Assembly (NCBI GenBank): GCA_028534125.1
Contig: CM052817.1
Coordinates: 88,228,001-88,292,000, forward strand
Reading direction: 5' to 3'
Source of the DNA: Lama glama
Taxonomy: Eukaryota
Length of the DNA: 64,000 bases
Shown: positions 26,021 to 40,740 of the stretch, piece by piece
Position numbering within the stretch: the first letter of the stretch is position 1
Layout of the letters: each line of letters begins with the position of its first letter
The notes under the pieces: model-generated
The model's database searches: none
The model's input: the letters and a program-made list of their open reading frames with translations, nothing else
Told to the model about the DNA's origin: nothing
Made by a program: the position numbers and the translations under genes

Positions 26021-27199
26021 AACACATCGACTACATAATGTCTTTAAAGAGATAAAAGTGCTACTTTATGAAACACTCAGCAACCATGATTAAATAGGTA
26101 ATAATAGACCAGGTGTATAGGTATTAAAAGAGCACTAACTTTTTTTCTGAGTAAGTGTAATTCAAAAGAAAAAGGTAAGTCTTACAAATTCAGATACCAA
26201 AATTTATTAACTAGAACTATATGTTTTGACTTAATGTTTCTCAATCTACCACATGAATTGTAACCAGTTACTGTAATATCCCCAATCCATCTAAAACTCT
26301 TATACTCATGAACTCGAAGTAAGGAATATTGAATTATTTCTCTTTGTTTCATAAAACTGTGTAAAGAATTATTTTATATTCCTTTTGCTAATTTATCTTT
26401 TTTGGAATATAAAAATGGTAAAAAGAATACAAATGAAAAATATAATACATTATTTTGCTTCTGTTTATTTTTTATTAATCAAGTTATGGAACTTAGGTGG
26501 AAAGTTGCTAAAGAGTAAACAACATGAAATGTGAAAGATGACATTAGGTGAACAGTGATAGTAATCAACTTGTATGGCATCTGAAGAAAAAAAATAGGTT
26601 CACTTGTAACTTTATATCCTCTTGCCATAAATTCTTGAATGATAACGTTACAATCTACAAATTACACTATTATATTTCATTTCAGAGAAAGCTTTTTTTT
26701 AAGAAAAGTACTAACATAATTACACATGTAACTCTACTGCAGTTAAAAGTCTCTTATTTACAAATTTGTGTAAAATGTTGAAATAAATTTTGGGCAAGGA
26801 GACATTTTAAAAGATTCAATATGATATACCTCTTGCTGAAGAATAAAAAATAATGATATATGCAATCGAATTGTAACTCCCTTTTTTATGAATTTGTATG
26901 TGTATGTTTGTGTGCATGTTAAAATTAGAAGGCAGAAGTATTTTAAAGTACTAGAAATGATATAACCAATCAACTAGTTTTTCTCTACTGTGTCATTTTT
27001 TAATGTTTTCCATTTTCAATTGCAATCAATTTTTAATGTCATTATAGATGTTAATTTTCACTATGATAACTGATTTAATGTTAAAAATACACAAAAGTAT
27101 GTTGCAGTTAAATCCAGAGAGAAATATATCTGAAACATTTGAGTCATACTCTTCAAAAAAAGGGAGAGTGAGAGAGCTGGGGGAAATATCAGACCTTGT

Positions 27200-27780
27200 T
27201 TTTGCATCCAACTAGAACTACTAGGCCTCCACCCTTCCCTCCATCCCTCCCTCTCCAGGCAGCTGGCTCTGTTTCCTCACAGAGTGGCTCATTTCACCAG
27301 TGTAAGCACTCACCCGTGGTTCTGCAGACCTAGGAGAACCCACACATGGTACTGGTAAATAAAAGGAACCATTGTGAGGACCACTCACGCTAGGTGAAGG
27401 CTTGGAGGAGGCTCTGACCTTTTAAGTGCAAATCACTGCCAAGAAGAGTTAAGAACCTAGTGAACTGGGGAAGTTAACTCCTGGTGGAGACATTTATAGT
27501 GAAATTCTGCATTCTGAATGCAGAAGGAGCATTCTAAAAGAAGCAAATTCTGAAAGAAGGAGCTAGAAGATATATTTCTTGCCCTCCCTACTTCCAACCA
27601 AAGTTTGGAGATGCAGTGATCTCACTGGAGATGTCTCACGTGACTTAATGTGGGTGGTGTTCTGTGAAGCTGTGGCCAGTTCACTGACTGTCCCTTGATC
27701 TTTGACTCTTCTCCTTCCCTGGTTCAGTTCCATTTTCTTCCATGCTTACCCATTTCCTTGGGAACCCAGACTAACAAAGG
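27200..27780 (+). mobile_element. LTR-derived fragment(s), ERVL-like
   Basis: GC-richer block ending ttccttgggaacccagactaaca, similar to the 19.8-20.4 kb LTR. Confidence 0.45.
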
Positions 27781-29279
27781 AGGATAATCAGAATATTTAT
27801 ATATTCTTTTAAGATGACTGTTTTGGAGGAATAGACACCTTTATATTTTAAAATATTGACTTACTTCTTTTAAAAATGCTTCCATTTTCTTGTAGCCATC
27901 CCTTATATATGTGAAAATGTGTATTGTATTAAATTATAAACTCACAATTCAAGAAGTTTCCCAGTTTTCAAAAGAAATTCATAATGATAATTTTAAAATA
28001 TTTCTTGTGAGATGTAAGAACTTATCTTCACTAGAGCTAGGAAACTTTAAATATTTACAAGAATAATATTGTGTTTAATATGTGACCATAACCTACATGT
28101 ATAGATTTTTACCCTAAATGAGAGTGGGGAAACTGTTTCTCTTAGTCATTTTTCTTTCTTTAAGTCTAAGAGTGTGTTTGGCTCTAGGAGAGACAATGCA
28201 TTAAATCAATAAATTAAGCATCTTAAAGATGTGATGTCAAATCAATGACTTCACTTCTCATTCATTGATTGTTCCCGTTAGTCAAAATTCTATTTGTTTT
28301 GAAAAGTGAAAACAAATGATATCTCCGTGATTCTCAGTTTTGTATGTGGGTAATAATATTGAAGTTAATAGGACTGTGAAATATATCACATAGGCTAATC
28401 ACTACCCACTAATTACAGATTTAAAATATTGATTTTTGAAATATTAGTGTTATTAATTTCTGTAAAAATAGTCCTTTCTGTTCTAAAAGATGTCACATCC
28501 AGGCCAGTAGCTTCTTTGCATTTTGGTTCCTAGATTCCATTATGCCTACTCAGTCCTAAATATGTGACTTTTTATAAATGAAGTCACTAAAATATTTAAC
28601 CTGTATTTATCACCGTGCTAAATGATATTTAGCCTTTTTTTCAAATTCAAAATTAATAAAACAGGACTAAATTTAAGTATGTTTTAGAAAGATGACATTA
28701 AGTTAGCAGTTTGATAAAGGAGAATGGATAAATGATACGCATTTTTACTTCCCTAAACTATGCTCTGGCACTCCTATGTTCCAAATCTAAAAATCTTGTT
28801 ATCTGATACAATGACTCAATCTCTGTTGAATTTATGTCACTTCACTGAAAGGAGATAACTATAAATTAGAGAGCAAAATTAGGGAAAAAGTGTAATGAAT
28901 ATGTTCAAAATTTTCAAGGTTAACATTACTTCATAGTTTGGAAAACATTTTTTTTAAGGAATGTTACTAAGAATCACCCTTTAAATATTTTATCAGATAA
29001 ATGGAGTTACATGCAAGCATCATATACACAAAATCATCTTTAATTGTAACACATAAAATCTTCCATTTAATTCAAGATTATTTGTAAGGCATGTGAAAAT
29101 TTTTCTGCAAGTATTAATTTTTTAAGTGCAAATCACTATGCCAAAGGAAATAATAAAAAATGAAAGTCTCCACTGGAATATATAATTTTTTTTTTAATTT
29201 ATAATGATCCTGTTTTTAATCACTTATTAAAAAAACAAGTTTATGAAACAGAGCAAATTAACTAAATACATATATTTAT

Positions 29280-30000
29280 AACTTATCCTCCCCACACCAT
29301 TAAAACAAAAGTAACAGGGTATTATTTTTTAAGAAAAAGAAAAAAAAAAGATGGTAAGATTAAACCCATAAGAACAAAGGCAATGAGAAAAAAGGCATGG
29401 TCAGACAATGAATGTTGATAAATTTGGGGGGAGGATGGAAATCAGTTAGAGGATGAGTGAGTGACTTAGCGCTGTTTAGATACCTGCAACACAATAGGCT
29501 AAAGAGATCATTGTTCTTGAGGAAGAATTATGTTACCCCAAATGGATTCCTGAAAGGCACGAACAAAAATTAATGGGGCCAGAGTTATTGTGAAAACTGA
29601 TAGTGAGGCTGAATTTGAAGAATTTGGTAAAAGTATTCCTGTAGAGTGGCTGCAAAAGCTGGTCTCTCTCTAACTTCTGTCTTCCAGGCAGGGAAGAGTG
29701 AACTGGTATTTTCTGCAGAGGAAAAGGGCTTGAATCCTCATTTGGTGAAACCACGTACATTGTTGTGTGGGTAAAGCATGGGGCTATAAAAAGAGATATT
29801 TGGAAATTGACATACTCTTTGGTGTGCACATCTGTCCCATTCACCCTTTCTATTCCCAGAACATTGAGAGCCACAGGCATTCCTTCCTGGTGGGAGACAT
29901 CAAGCAGCATTTATAAAAAGATATTCAGGTACTTACTTACATTTAGGAGGTAGGGCACACAACAAAGTGGTCTGATTGCTATCCAATCATTCTTCCATTC
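29280..30000 (+). mobile_element. Ancient L1 5' region fragment
   Basis: A-rich degraded sequence resembling old L1M 5' regions. Confidence 0.35.
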
Positions 30001-30099
30001 AGAAGTCACACACAAAACTCTAGGGTTATGTAGAAATTATTCTGCTTGCATATTAATTTTTTAATGTTTCTTTATAAATTATAATACATGTTATATGAA

Positions 30100-30570
30100 C
30101 ACCCTGTCTTTCCATCACTGTTGAACTCGATCATATTATGCTGCTTCATTCTTTTTAAAGTTTGCACAAAACCTTGAAATTCATTTGATTACTGATGTAT
30201 TGTTTCTACTTCAATATGATAAAAGCTCCATGAGTTAAGGAACTTTCTGCCTTGTTCATTGCAGGAGTATCAGATGGAGTGCACCTGGGGTGGGAGAGTA
30301 TGTACTATTGATTGTGGAGTTTCTAAATGAAATAAAGATTTTTAGATGGGACATGGATAAAAAGAAGGGTCTGGTCTTATAAATATATGGGTAGCAGAGA
30401 GCTCAAGAATAAATAGCAAAGTCAACACAAATGTCCTGGGGAATGATCTGATAGATAAAAGATGTGTGAGGCTGTAGTAGAGTGAATGAAGAAAGTGGAA
30501 AAGAGCATGAAACAAATAGGAAAGAGGTAAGTAGAGGCCAGAGAATCTGGGAAGAAATTTCATGACACCA
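30100..30570. mobile_element. L2 fragments
   Basis: taaaagctccatgagttaaggaactttctgccttgttcattgc (L2 3' end), followed by an antisense L2-like piece. Confidence 0.55.
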
Positions 30571-32619
30571 GATGTCTTCAAGATTGGTCTCAGCTTATTC
30601 CCATTTCTTTAAAAGTAATATATATTTCACTATTACATATATCATTACATTTATACAGCACTTGGCATTTCTTTATCATGTATCTATACAATCTAGAAAA
30701 TCAACTTCCCTCTTCATTTAAGGAAGTCAACACAGATTTTTCCCTATAATCTGCTTTTTTCCCTCAAGCTTGCAATGGATTCTGTCCCCTCTTTTAACAT
30801 CTCCTGGCATAGGATAAATTAGCAATGACAACATACAATCATCATTCTATTATCCCATTGAGGCAGCACTAATAACAGACATGCCTCTGTCTAACTTTTA
30901 GTAGCAACATCAAATAGCAAGCGCACAATTTTTGAGCAAAATGTATCACTGTGAGTTGCCAAGGGTTACATAGTTTATTTGTTGCAATAATGTGAACCTT
31001 ACACTCTAAGGGATATGAACACAGGGCATATCTACATGGGACTGACTTACCAACATTAGCGCTTTTTATTTGCATTCGTTTTTCTCAAGAGGAAGAACAT
31101 AATTAAACATATATTGGCTGTTAAGGAGTCTAAGAGTCTATAATGGCAAATATAGCCAATGACGGTCTTGGCCAATAATTTGCCGTACTCTTCAGTATGT
31201 TGACTAGATGTGGGCATCATAATAAATAACATTTCATGTCCTGTACTGAACTACAGCTGGTGAATTCTTACTGCAGTGATAAAAGTGAGTCTACAGAGTA
31301 TGCTGTGGACTTTACCTGAAACTGAAAATCCAGAAACAGCGCTTCAGGACAGAACTTCTTTGTCCAGTGCCCACACCCTGAGTCCCACTGTGACTGATAC
31401 ACAACATGTTATCTTTAAGGCAGAATCTGCCTTGAAGGCAATAAGCATAACAGTTTCATTTTGTTGTATCTCTCTGGAGCCAAGTTTTAGCCGTTCCTAA
31501 TGTGCAGTTTTATAAACTCAGGTACTGAAAAGGTTGACAAAGTGGCAGGGAATAAAAAGCTCACATCAAAGCCCTGATCTAATGATATGAGCTTTACCCT
31601 GAGGACTTGCTTCCCTTCAAGGGATAACATCAGAGAAATTGGAAGATTTTTGAAGTATACTGTAATGAAAATAAGTGACTGATCTACATCAGTGCAATGC
31701 TGGGGTTTTCTACTTGGTGCATCCTTTTTATAACATTGAGTCCTAATAATGCACGGCATTGTCCAGTGTGCATTTTTTCCCTTGCAAGTTTTTGTGCCAG
31801 GTGGAAATTTGTAACAATGGGATTTTGACTTGTGAAAGTAGCTTCTTTACACAAATTTTGATTTTAGAAACTGAGCTAGAAGGGAAAAACTAAGAAAATG
31901 CCCCAGTGACTGAGTTGTCTAGTTACAATGATAAAATCTTAGTATTTCTGTCTATTTCATAATTTGTAATTTTGAGTATTCTTTTCCTAAATTAAGTCTT
32001 TCAAAAATAGAATACTATGGAGAAAACCCGCAAGTGTTTCCAGGTTGAAATGTGAAAGTTCAATCAGCTAAAAATGACAAGTATTTTATGATAGTATGTA
32101 TATTCATTTAGTATGTATTAAACTCATCAAATGAATAAGATGTTGTCAACTCTGAAGGAACTGAAAAATTAGAGAGTGTTTAATATCCATCCAAATAATT
32201 TCAAAACACAATGGAAGAAATTAGCCATAAGAGAAACACAGATGCGGATCTGTGGCATGCCAGTATTTGCATACATTTTTTGACTTAGGGGATCTGAGGT
32301 AGTTTGCGGAAGATGTAGACAATGACTTAATCATTAGGCAAAAGTCAGTCCATCACTAAATAAATCCTGAAGAACGATACATACAGCAAATATGCCCATG
32401 AAGCTTGTGTATGGCCAGCACAATCCAACATCAAGAGAGTGTTTCCATAACTCTGCTGAGACTTGCATGGTAGTAAGGGTTACCACCACCTGTACGCCTC
32501 TCTACTCTATCCAGCAGTTACACTCCGGTGTCAATTAGCCACCTTCGTAGAGTTGAGTAAAATCAGAGCTTCTTCACAAAACCTACTCCAGCCTCACAGG
32601 CTTTTATGTGTTAGATCAT

Positions 32620-33430
32620 GACCCAGGTCTTCTGCACTGGCTTTCCTATTTATCTTTATACTCCCTCCTACTCTTGTATTTGCAAAACTAATTCCTTCTC
32701 TTCATTCAGGTCTTAATTCAAAGGTCAACTCATCTTAGAAATCTTCTTTGACATTTCACTATATATTATCACCCCCTCCTTCACCTTTGCTGCAGTTGAT
32801 TACATTATCCGTGCCCCCCCAACTTCTTTTAAAACTGTATGAGCATTTGAAATTACTTTCTTTATTCATTTGATTGCTAGTTTATTATATCTACCACCAT
32901 AGGATAAATGTTTCATTGTTTCAGGACTCCTGTCTGTCCTTTTACCTTACGACAGAATAGGTACTCAGTAAATATTTGTTTAATGGATATATATTTACAC
33001 ATCCTCCGCCGACTTTTTTTTTTTTCTCTTAAATTCTCCCTTTTCTAGTTTTGTCCTTGTGTAAGATTTTTTACTTAACACAGTACATGTTTGGTAACAG
33101 TATCAGTTTGAAAATAACTTTGGAGCAATCAAATCCAAGGAGGTAAGTAAACCAAATGTGAAGCTGATGAATGAATTTAACACCTTTCCCCAAATAAGGT
33201 GTAATGTTCACAACAGAAAAGAGAGTGGTCTTTGCCATCAATCATGCTAGGTGAGAATTTTACCTTTTGTGTGTAATTTGAAAAGTTACACTCTTTCAAA
33301 CTCCATTTTGCAGCTGAAAAAAATGAAAAGTATATAGTATATCCAGCTGTGAAAATTAAATGAATTAATTTACATGAAAGGGTATATCAAACAGCACTTG
33401 ATAACAGAGTTGAAATTTAATAAATATGTG
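32620..33430 (+). mobile_element. L2 3' end (~32620-32990) and MIR (~33220-33430)
   Basis: aataggtactcagtaaatatttgtttaatgga (L2 terminus); ccagctgtgaaaattaaatgaattaatttacatgaaag (MIR core). Confidence 0.65.
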
Positions 33431-34099
33431 CTTATATCTTTACCCTTTTGCCTTATTCCCTCAGGCTAACAAAGTTCCCAGCTCAAATCAGAATTGTAAT
33501 TTGCGTTAGGCACAAGGGCGATGCCAGGGGAGCCTGATGGTGAACCATTTCGCCTTGGGCTTCCCAGGCAAGTATCACTCTAGATCCCTACCTTAGGAGT
33601 GTCGGAGCTGTCAGTGCAACTGTGGGAGTGGATGTTCATTAAATTAATGTCTATATCTTAATTTAAGAAAGTTAATTGATTTGTGAAGAAGAAAGCTACT
33701 CCTCAAATGCCTGGTTTTGGAAGACACAATGCAAGTGTAAAGTGCTTAAAGAAACTATCAATATCCTTGAGATTTCAAATGTATTTTCATACAGTAAAAA
33801 TCATATTTTCTTTTCATTATTTTATAGTCTTCCATATGTTTGAATGTTACACTTTCATTTTAATCTAGTATTTTTCTCTTTCCTTTTTGTTAATTTTAAA
33901 AGACATTATTCTGTTCTTCACACCAAAGAATGAACTTTTGGATCTATTTGTCTTTCAAATTCATTTAGTGGTTTTCTTTTTCACTAATTTCAGCTTTTAT
34001 TTTTATTGTTGTTCTTTCCTACTTTTGGTTTTCACTTCTTTTGTTGTTTTTGTTGTTAAATTTATTAGGATAAGTACTAAGATCTTTTCTTCAGTAATG

Positions 34100-34776
34100 T
34101 GTGGAGGAAATGCAACTAGAAACAAAATCTCCTCACAACCTAGAAAGCACATCCAGAGGTAAAAGAGAAAGAAAACAATTTTATTATGAAGGAAGCATTA
34201 AACCAGAATGTGAGGCTCATCAGAAGCAATCCACTGATTCTGCCAAAACAAAGCAGTCTCACACCACGCCAGCAGGCAGGACCTATTACACACGAGTTCT
34301 TACGATAAATAGTAACTGGGCCTCAAGTAAAAGACAGTAGTAGCAGCACCGCTGGGCACTGACTCACCTGATATTTGAGGTGCCCATTGTGTTCGCTAAT
34401 TAGCTTCATTCAAAGGAAACATGAACTTCTCATATCTTTGTAACAAGAGGTCACTGTGCAAGTTGGAGGGAGGCGCCTGTTGAAGTTAGGCTCTTACCCT
34501 CCCGTAGAAAGTGGGAGACAGGGACTCTTTCTTCTTTGATGGTTACAGTACAAAGAGATGGTCTTTGAGAAAGACATTTTCTGGGTTGTAAATTCAGCAA
34601 GAGATTTATTTTAGCGTTTAAAAAAGATTCCCATACATTTCAAAGAGACAAAGAACTTATAATGACAAGTTTCCTAAAGTAAATACTTTCAGAAAAGGGA
34701 GTAGATGTGTCTCTTCCTTTATTTTTCAACAGGGAGAATTAAGCCTCTGATTTTCAATTTGTAGTTGATCCTAACA
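34100..34776 (-). mobile_element. ERV1-type solo LTR
   Basis: TG...CA termini (tgtggagg...cctaaca), minus-strand AATAAA (ttttatt ~34180), possible 4-bp TSD aatg/agtg. Confidence 0.7.
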
Positions 34777-37509
34777 AGTGAAAGAGTTTGTAGGCTGCTG
34801 AGCTGCTGCTGAGAATTGGCTTTGCCAGAGGCTTTACGTACTGCCTCCAACCTCCAGCATTTCCACTTTGAAGTGAGTAACATCCGTTCGATTAGCTCTA
34901 CGGACAAAGTAGCGTGGATTCAGTGGACGTTGTGTCTTCCCAGCATCACTGAAATGGACCCAAGGAGAAGACGGAATGTGATGTAAATTACAGTGGGGGG
35001 ACAGATCAGGAGAGGTTTTAGAGAGATATCATTGAAAGAAAACACGAGGATACGCCCCATCATGGGAGATACTAGGTACTTGATGTTTCAGCCAGGACCA
35101 CACGTTGGGGGATTCTCGTACAAGAGTTCTGGGGTTCACAGTTGGAGAACTCCACAAAAGCTTTGAGCACCCAGGGAAAATGCAATGTGAAAAAACTGTC
35201 TCAGAAACATTAATCTGCTGGCTGAACATACATGGGAGGCTGATAATGAGAAGGAAAATTTGAAGCTAAAGCAAAAAAAAAAAATTCTAGATTTAAAAGC
35301 TGATAAAATAGGCACACATCTATGCCATGTGAGATTCAAAAATGTGGCAAAAATGACCCATGGAATTGTTACACTCTCTTCTTTACCTCTGAAGCTTTGA
35401 TAGGACTTAATATCACTATGTTTTCAAACACTCCCTCAACTTTGAATGCTTTCATGATATATTTACCTTTTATCATTTCTCTTCTAGCATTTTCTGGGCT
35501 TTTGAAATTGCTTCTTTTCTATTCCTTTTCTCTAAACGTAGGCATGCCCCAAGGCTAACGGGCATCTGTGGTTCTCCTAAATTTCTTCCTGAGCGTGATG
35601 ACATCCAGTCAGAAGTTAATTTCTCGTCAGTAAGTTCTATGGCACTTTTCATCAATGCCATTGCCATTAGCCTCAGTGGGCATCTGCTTTTGTGTCTCTG
35701 GGGGATAACACACAGTAGTGGTTCACGAAAAAATGTTCAGGTAGCCAGATATATCAGTAACGTGTCTGATCTTGCGGGAGTAGAAGGAGCAGGTTGAATG
35801 AGAACTCCCAAAGACTTGATGAAATAAAAACCAGTGTGAGTTAATTTCAGAGGAGTTTTCAATTACTACAGAAAAAGGCTTGTGTGCAAGGACTAGAAAT
35901 CCACGCAAAAAGTCATTAAATGAAGAGCTTCTATAAAAGAAGAGAGGTGACCGCATGGGGAGTGACAGCTCCAGGGAGGGAAATGTGAATAATACAGGAA
36001 AGCAGGCACCTAAAGATCGAACATCAGAGTCTTCCAAAGCTTTGGCTGCTGAGGCTGTGACCTGTCATGTGTCCTCTCATAAGTCTTGACCAGATGTTTA
36101 CAAAGTTCTGTACAACTGCAAATTCTATGCTTCTATGAATCTCAATAGCAAAATTAGCAAATTTAGAGACCTTTTGATTTATTTTCTTAAAGTGATGGAA
36201 ATCTTAACCTTGGTTAATAATTTCATGTAGATACACTTTATTGTGCAGATTCTGAGTCTGATTCTGCCCAACCACCCCCACACAGTGGTCATTTGAAATG
36301 ATGCTATAGATGCGGAGGGATGGTAGTATTTTGGCACCTGGTTTCAACACTGATTCTCCAGGAATCAATGCCCTGAATGGAAACAGAATAGCATCTCCCC
36401 TTTGCCCCAAGGACCCATTAGGTTTCTCACACATCAGGAGCACAGAACAAAGCAGTAAGGAGAATCAAGAATCACTAGTCTTTCCTTTTTAACTTTTGTA
36501 CTGACTTTCAAAGTTATTTGCAAATGCATATTGCTGGACCTGAAAAAAAAATCTATTTTTCTATCTTAATCACAATATGATCAATAAGTGACCACAGGGT
36601 TCGCTCATCTGCCCACTGGCTTTTATTTTGATCTCTTTGTTCTTTTATTTCTCTCCCCTCCTTCACTTTCAAGCAGCTTTTGCCTTTCACATTTCTGAAA
36701 TTTTCTTAGAAACTGATGAGTTTCAGTTTCTATACTAATGAAATCTTCCATTTTCGGATATGCTGTTAGCACAACTCAGGACTTGAATGCCTTCAATCTG
36801 TCCCAGAAAGAAGAATCAGCATTGGAGGGAAGAATCATTGTGCAGTTTACAAAAAAATACAATATTTTAGATTAACATGCTTTGTTGTGAGGAAAGACAG
36901 AGGAGGATTTAGCTAAGGAAGAGAAGAAACTGTGCTGTCGGTACCAGGAATCTGCATTGTCCTTGAGGTTATTTGAGTGCTGCTGTGATCCCAGGGTGCA
37001 AACCACAATTCCTGTAAGCAACTCGACAAGTGGATATGGGTCTAACATAGTGATTGGTACTTATGTCAGAGGAGAGAGACAAAGTGAAAAACGTGTATTC
37101 AAATGGCAAACAGCAAATATAAAACTGAGCTCATCTTTATGATTACAGAGAATTGTCAGTCACTGTTGAATCAAAGGTAAGGTGCAGAGGGGTTTGCAAT
37201 CTGAGGGCTTGCAAACAATTGTTTTCCTATGGCTGTAGATTGAGCCTCTTTGGTTTTGTTGTTGTTGTTGTTTATCCTGTATTTCAGAAGCGACATATCA
37301 CTTTTTGAAGCATGTCAGAATGAGCATTTGTGACTCTTTTCCCTTTAGTAACCTGAGTCACCAGTTTGGGGTTCTCTTAGTACTCAGTTTTTTACTTCTC
37401 CCCTGCCTGCTACTCCTTAATGTTACCCTGTTTTCCTATTTTCATACATGAATTTTTCCTCTGTTCAGCAGAAAGCACTTTAGTCTTCCAATGTGTCTTA
37501 AATCAGCAT

Positions 37510-38000
37510 CAGTAATTCATTTATTCTTTCATAAATATTTATTGCACTTTTTCTCTGTACCAGTTCTTGTGCTAAGCAGTGAGGGCACATCTTGAGTCAG
37601 ACTCACATGATCTCTGCTCTCAGGGAGCTTAGGGTTCTTAAGAGAACAAAAATATTAAGCTAGTAATATTCATAAAGTGTGATGAGTGTCAGGAAGAGGA
37701 AAGTACCAGTGTATTCGTGACAGATAACGTAAGGGCCCCATCTTGTTAAGAAGTCAAGAAATGCCTCCTGAAAAAAAAATAAATGTTTACAGTGAGATGT
37801 GAAACACACATTGGAGAAAAGATGTGGAAAAGTGTGAAAAGTATAGGAAACCTATGAAAATGCCTTCAGATGAGGGTTAGTTTAGTTTATTTAACGAATT
37901 AAAACATGGAGTGTTTGTCCTTTATTCTAAAACAAATGAGCAATTGTTAAAACGTTAACAATGAAAAGGGCAGATTGAAATTGAATGTGTAGGTGGAAGT
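37510..38000 (-). mobile_element. L2 fragment
   Basis: ttcatttattctttcataaatatttattgcac...tctctgctctcagggagcttag. Confidence 0.75.
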
Positions 38001-38014
38001 GGTTTGTAGTCAGA

Positions 38015-38520
38015 GTGATATGAAGAAACATGCAGGTCCTCAGGTAGCATCAATATACACAGACCTCAAGCTCTTGCCCACACTGACTTTTAGATCACCA
38101 TTCTCCCACCCTTTTGTGATTCTGGAATAACCTTCTTCTTAGAGGCTTCAGCCATTGGCCACAAATTTCTGTGACCCTGTTCATCCATATTCTCCACCCC
38201 CTTTCAGCCTCTTCCTTTCAGTGAACACTTTGCACTCACCACAGTCTTCTTCCCAATTGCAAATTCTGCCGTTGTTCTATGTGACATCCGCACGCATAGG
38301 TGGGTCCTGACCACACCCTAGTCGCCAAGCACTTAGAGCTGCTACACCTCCTGCGTGATGCTCCTCCGTTCTCCTGAGACACTCCCATATTGCAGTAGGT
38401 CTTGAAAATGTTTCCCACCCTATCAAAATACACTTCTTAAATAAAGCAGTCACAATAATACTTCTCTTGTAACGTGGAAGAATATGCAAGATTTCTATTT
38501 AGTGCAGTCTGGTAATAGAT
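38015..38520 (+). mobile_element. Solo LTR (family undetermined)
   Basis: GC-richer block with AATAAA (~38440) near its 3' end. Confidence 0.45.
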
Positions 38521-38939
38521 GAAAAGCTAAGCAGGCTGTGATGATGTCTTCATGAGGAAGGAGAATGACGTCCTTGGAAATCGAGATTCACACACACACA
38601 AAACAAAACAAAAATTCAAAAAAGAATCCAAACAAAATCCAGCCCAAATAAAGCATCTCAGTGTCCATTGTCAAGTAAATCTGGTGGTAGTTGTGGTGAT
38701 GGTGGTGTTTTATTTCCTGTCGTTAAATTTTGATTGAACTTAAGGGTATAAATGTTGTGTCCAAGGGAGGATAGCATACACTATTTGACATACCCGTGAG
38801 AAATTGTCTCCTTTACTATAAATATAACTGTGTATGTTTTAGATTTTGGTATATATGCCAAAAAAGCTATTGACAGAAGGTGATGTTTTCAATTAGAGGT
38901 AGAACAGCACGGAGAGGTAATGATTGCAGAGCCTCCATT

Positions 38940-39200
38940 TTAAGCTGTGTGCTTTCCCTCAGAAGATACAAAGGGCTGCTGATACGGAATAGGGCTTGCA
39001 AGCTTCAAAAACCTGAAATGTTTCTCTGATATCTGATATAAACTTTGTAAGTGCCGTAAGAACAGATGTTGTGCTAACAAGATCAAGCCTATTTTAAAGC
39101 AGAAGGTTTCCGGTGGTTGTCTACAGCAATACACAATTACTACAGAAACTGAAACCCAGAATTGGGATGCCAACATAGCAGAAACCTAAACACCTTAGTG
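38940..39200 (+). mobile_element. MLT1 LTR 3' end plus start of internal sequence
   Basis: ggtggttgtctacagcaatacacaattactaca|gaaactgaaacccagaattgggatgcc...aaacctaaa resembles an MLT1 LTR/internal junction. Confidence 0.55.
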
Positions 39201-39417
39201 TGGTGTAGAAAAAGTTACTCCCACTGGAAGGATGAATTAAAATGCTGCCTCTCTCAGCAAGAAAGTGGATCTTGCTCTGAGCTGATGTAGCTTCAATTCA
39301 ATGAACAAATTGACAAGGAGATTGCTAGCCTTATTACTACAGTGATTTCAAGGGAAATATAATACATTTGGGGTTTTTAGCCTCAGATGTTATTTTCTTT
39401 GGTCTTTATTTTTTTCA

Positions 39418-39923
<506 letters not shown>

Positions 39924-40279
39924 AAGAATTTTATTCTAATTTATCTTAGAAATTTTTGAGAGGGAAGTATGATATAATATCATTAGCTGACAAAAATGAT
40001 GGATCTCCTCACTAGGATAATGTGTATCTGACGATTTGCATAAATATTTCCTATTGGTTCTAGAGCCCATGGATAGAATCAAGCCCACATGGGAATCCCT
40101 ATGAGGTCACCATCCTAGGTTTATTACATTTCCATTGAAATTACTTTGGTTTCACCTAATAGGATACCCATTCCATTGGACGCTGCAAAGAGAGGGGCTG
40201 TGTCTAGTTCACCTCTGGTGTAGTGGGGAACAAAAGGCAGTCATTAAAGGTTGTCAGCTGAAAAAATAAATGATTTCTT

Positions 40280-40740
40280 GCTTTTATTTTTTATTTTTTA
40301 TTTTTTGTATGTATATTTATTGAAGTATAGTCAGTTTACAATGTGTCAATTTCTGTTCTACAGCACAATGCTTCAGTCATACATGAATATACATATAGTC
40401 ATTTTCATATTCTTTTTCACCATAAGTTACTACAATATATTGAGTATAGTTCCCTGTGCTATGTAGAGTATGAACTTGTTGTTTATCAATTTTATATATA
40501 TTAGTTAGTATCTGCAAATCTCAAACTCCTAATTTATCCCATCCCACCCCCTTCCCACCTCCTGGTAACCACAATTTTGTTCTCTGTGTCTAGGAGCTTG
40601 TTTCTGTTTTGCAAATAAGTTTGTTTATCTTTTCTTTAGCTTCCATATATAAGTGATATCATATGGTATTTTTCTTTCTCTTTCTGGTTTGCTTCACTTA
40701 GAATGCCAATCTCCAGGTCCATCCATGTTGCTGCAAATTA
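40280..40740 (-). mobile_element. L1 3' end (lineage-specific type)
   Basis: ttgaagtatagtcagtttacaatg...atatcatatggtatttttctttctctttctgg...tccatccatgttgctgcaaat; homologous to the L1 3' UTR at 16.2-16.6 kb. Confidence 0.9.
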
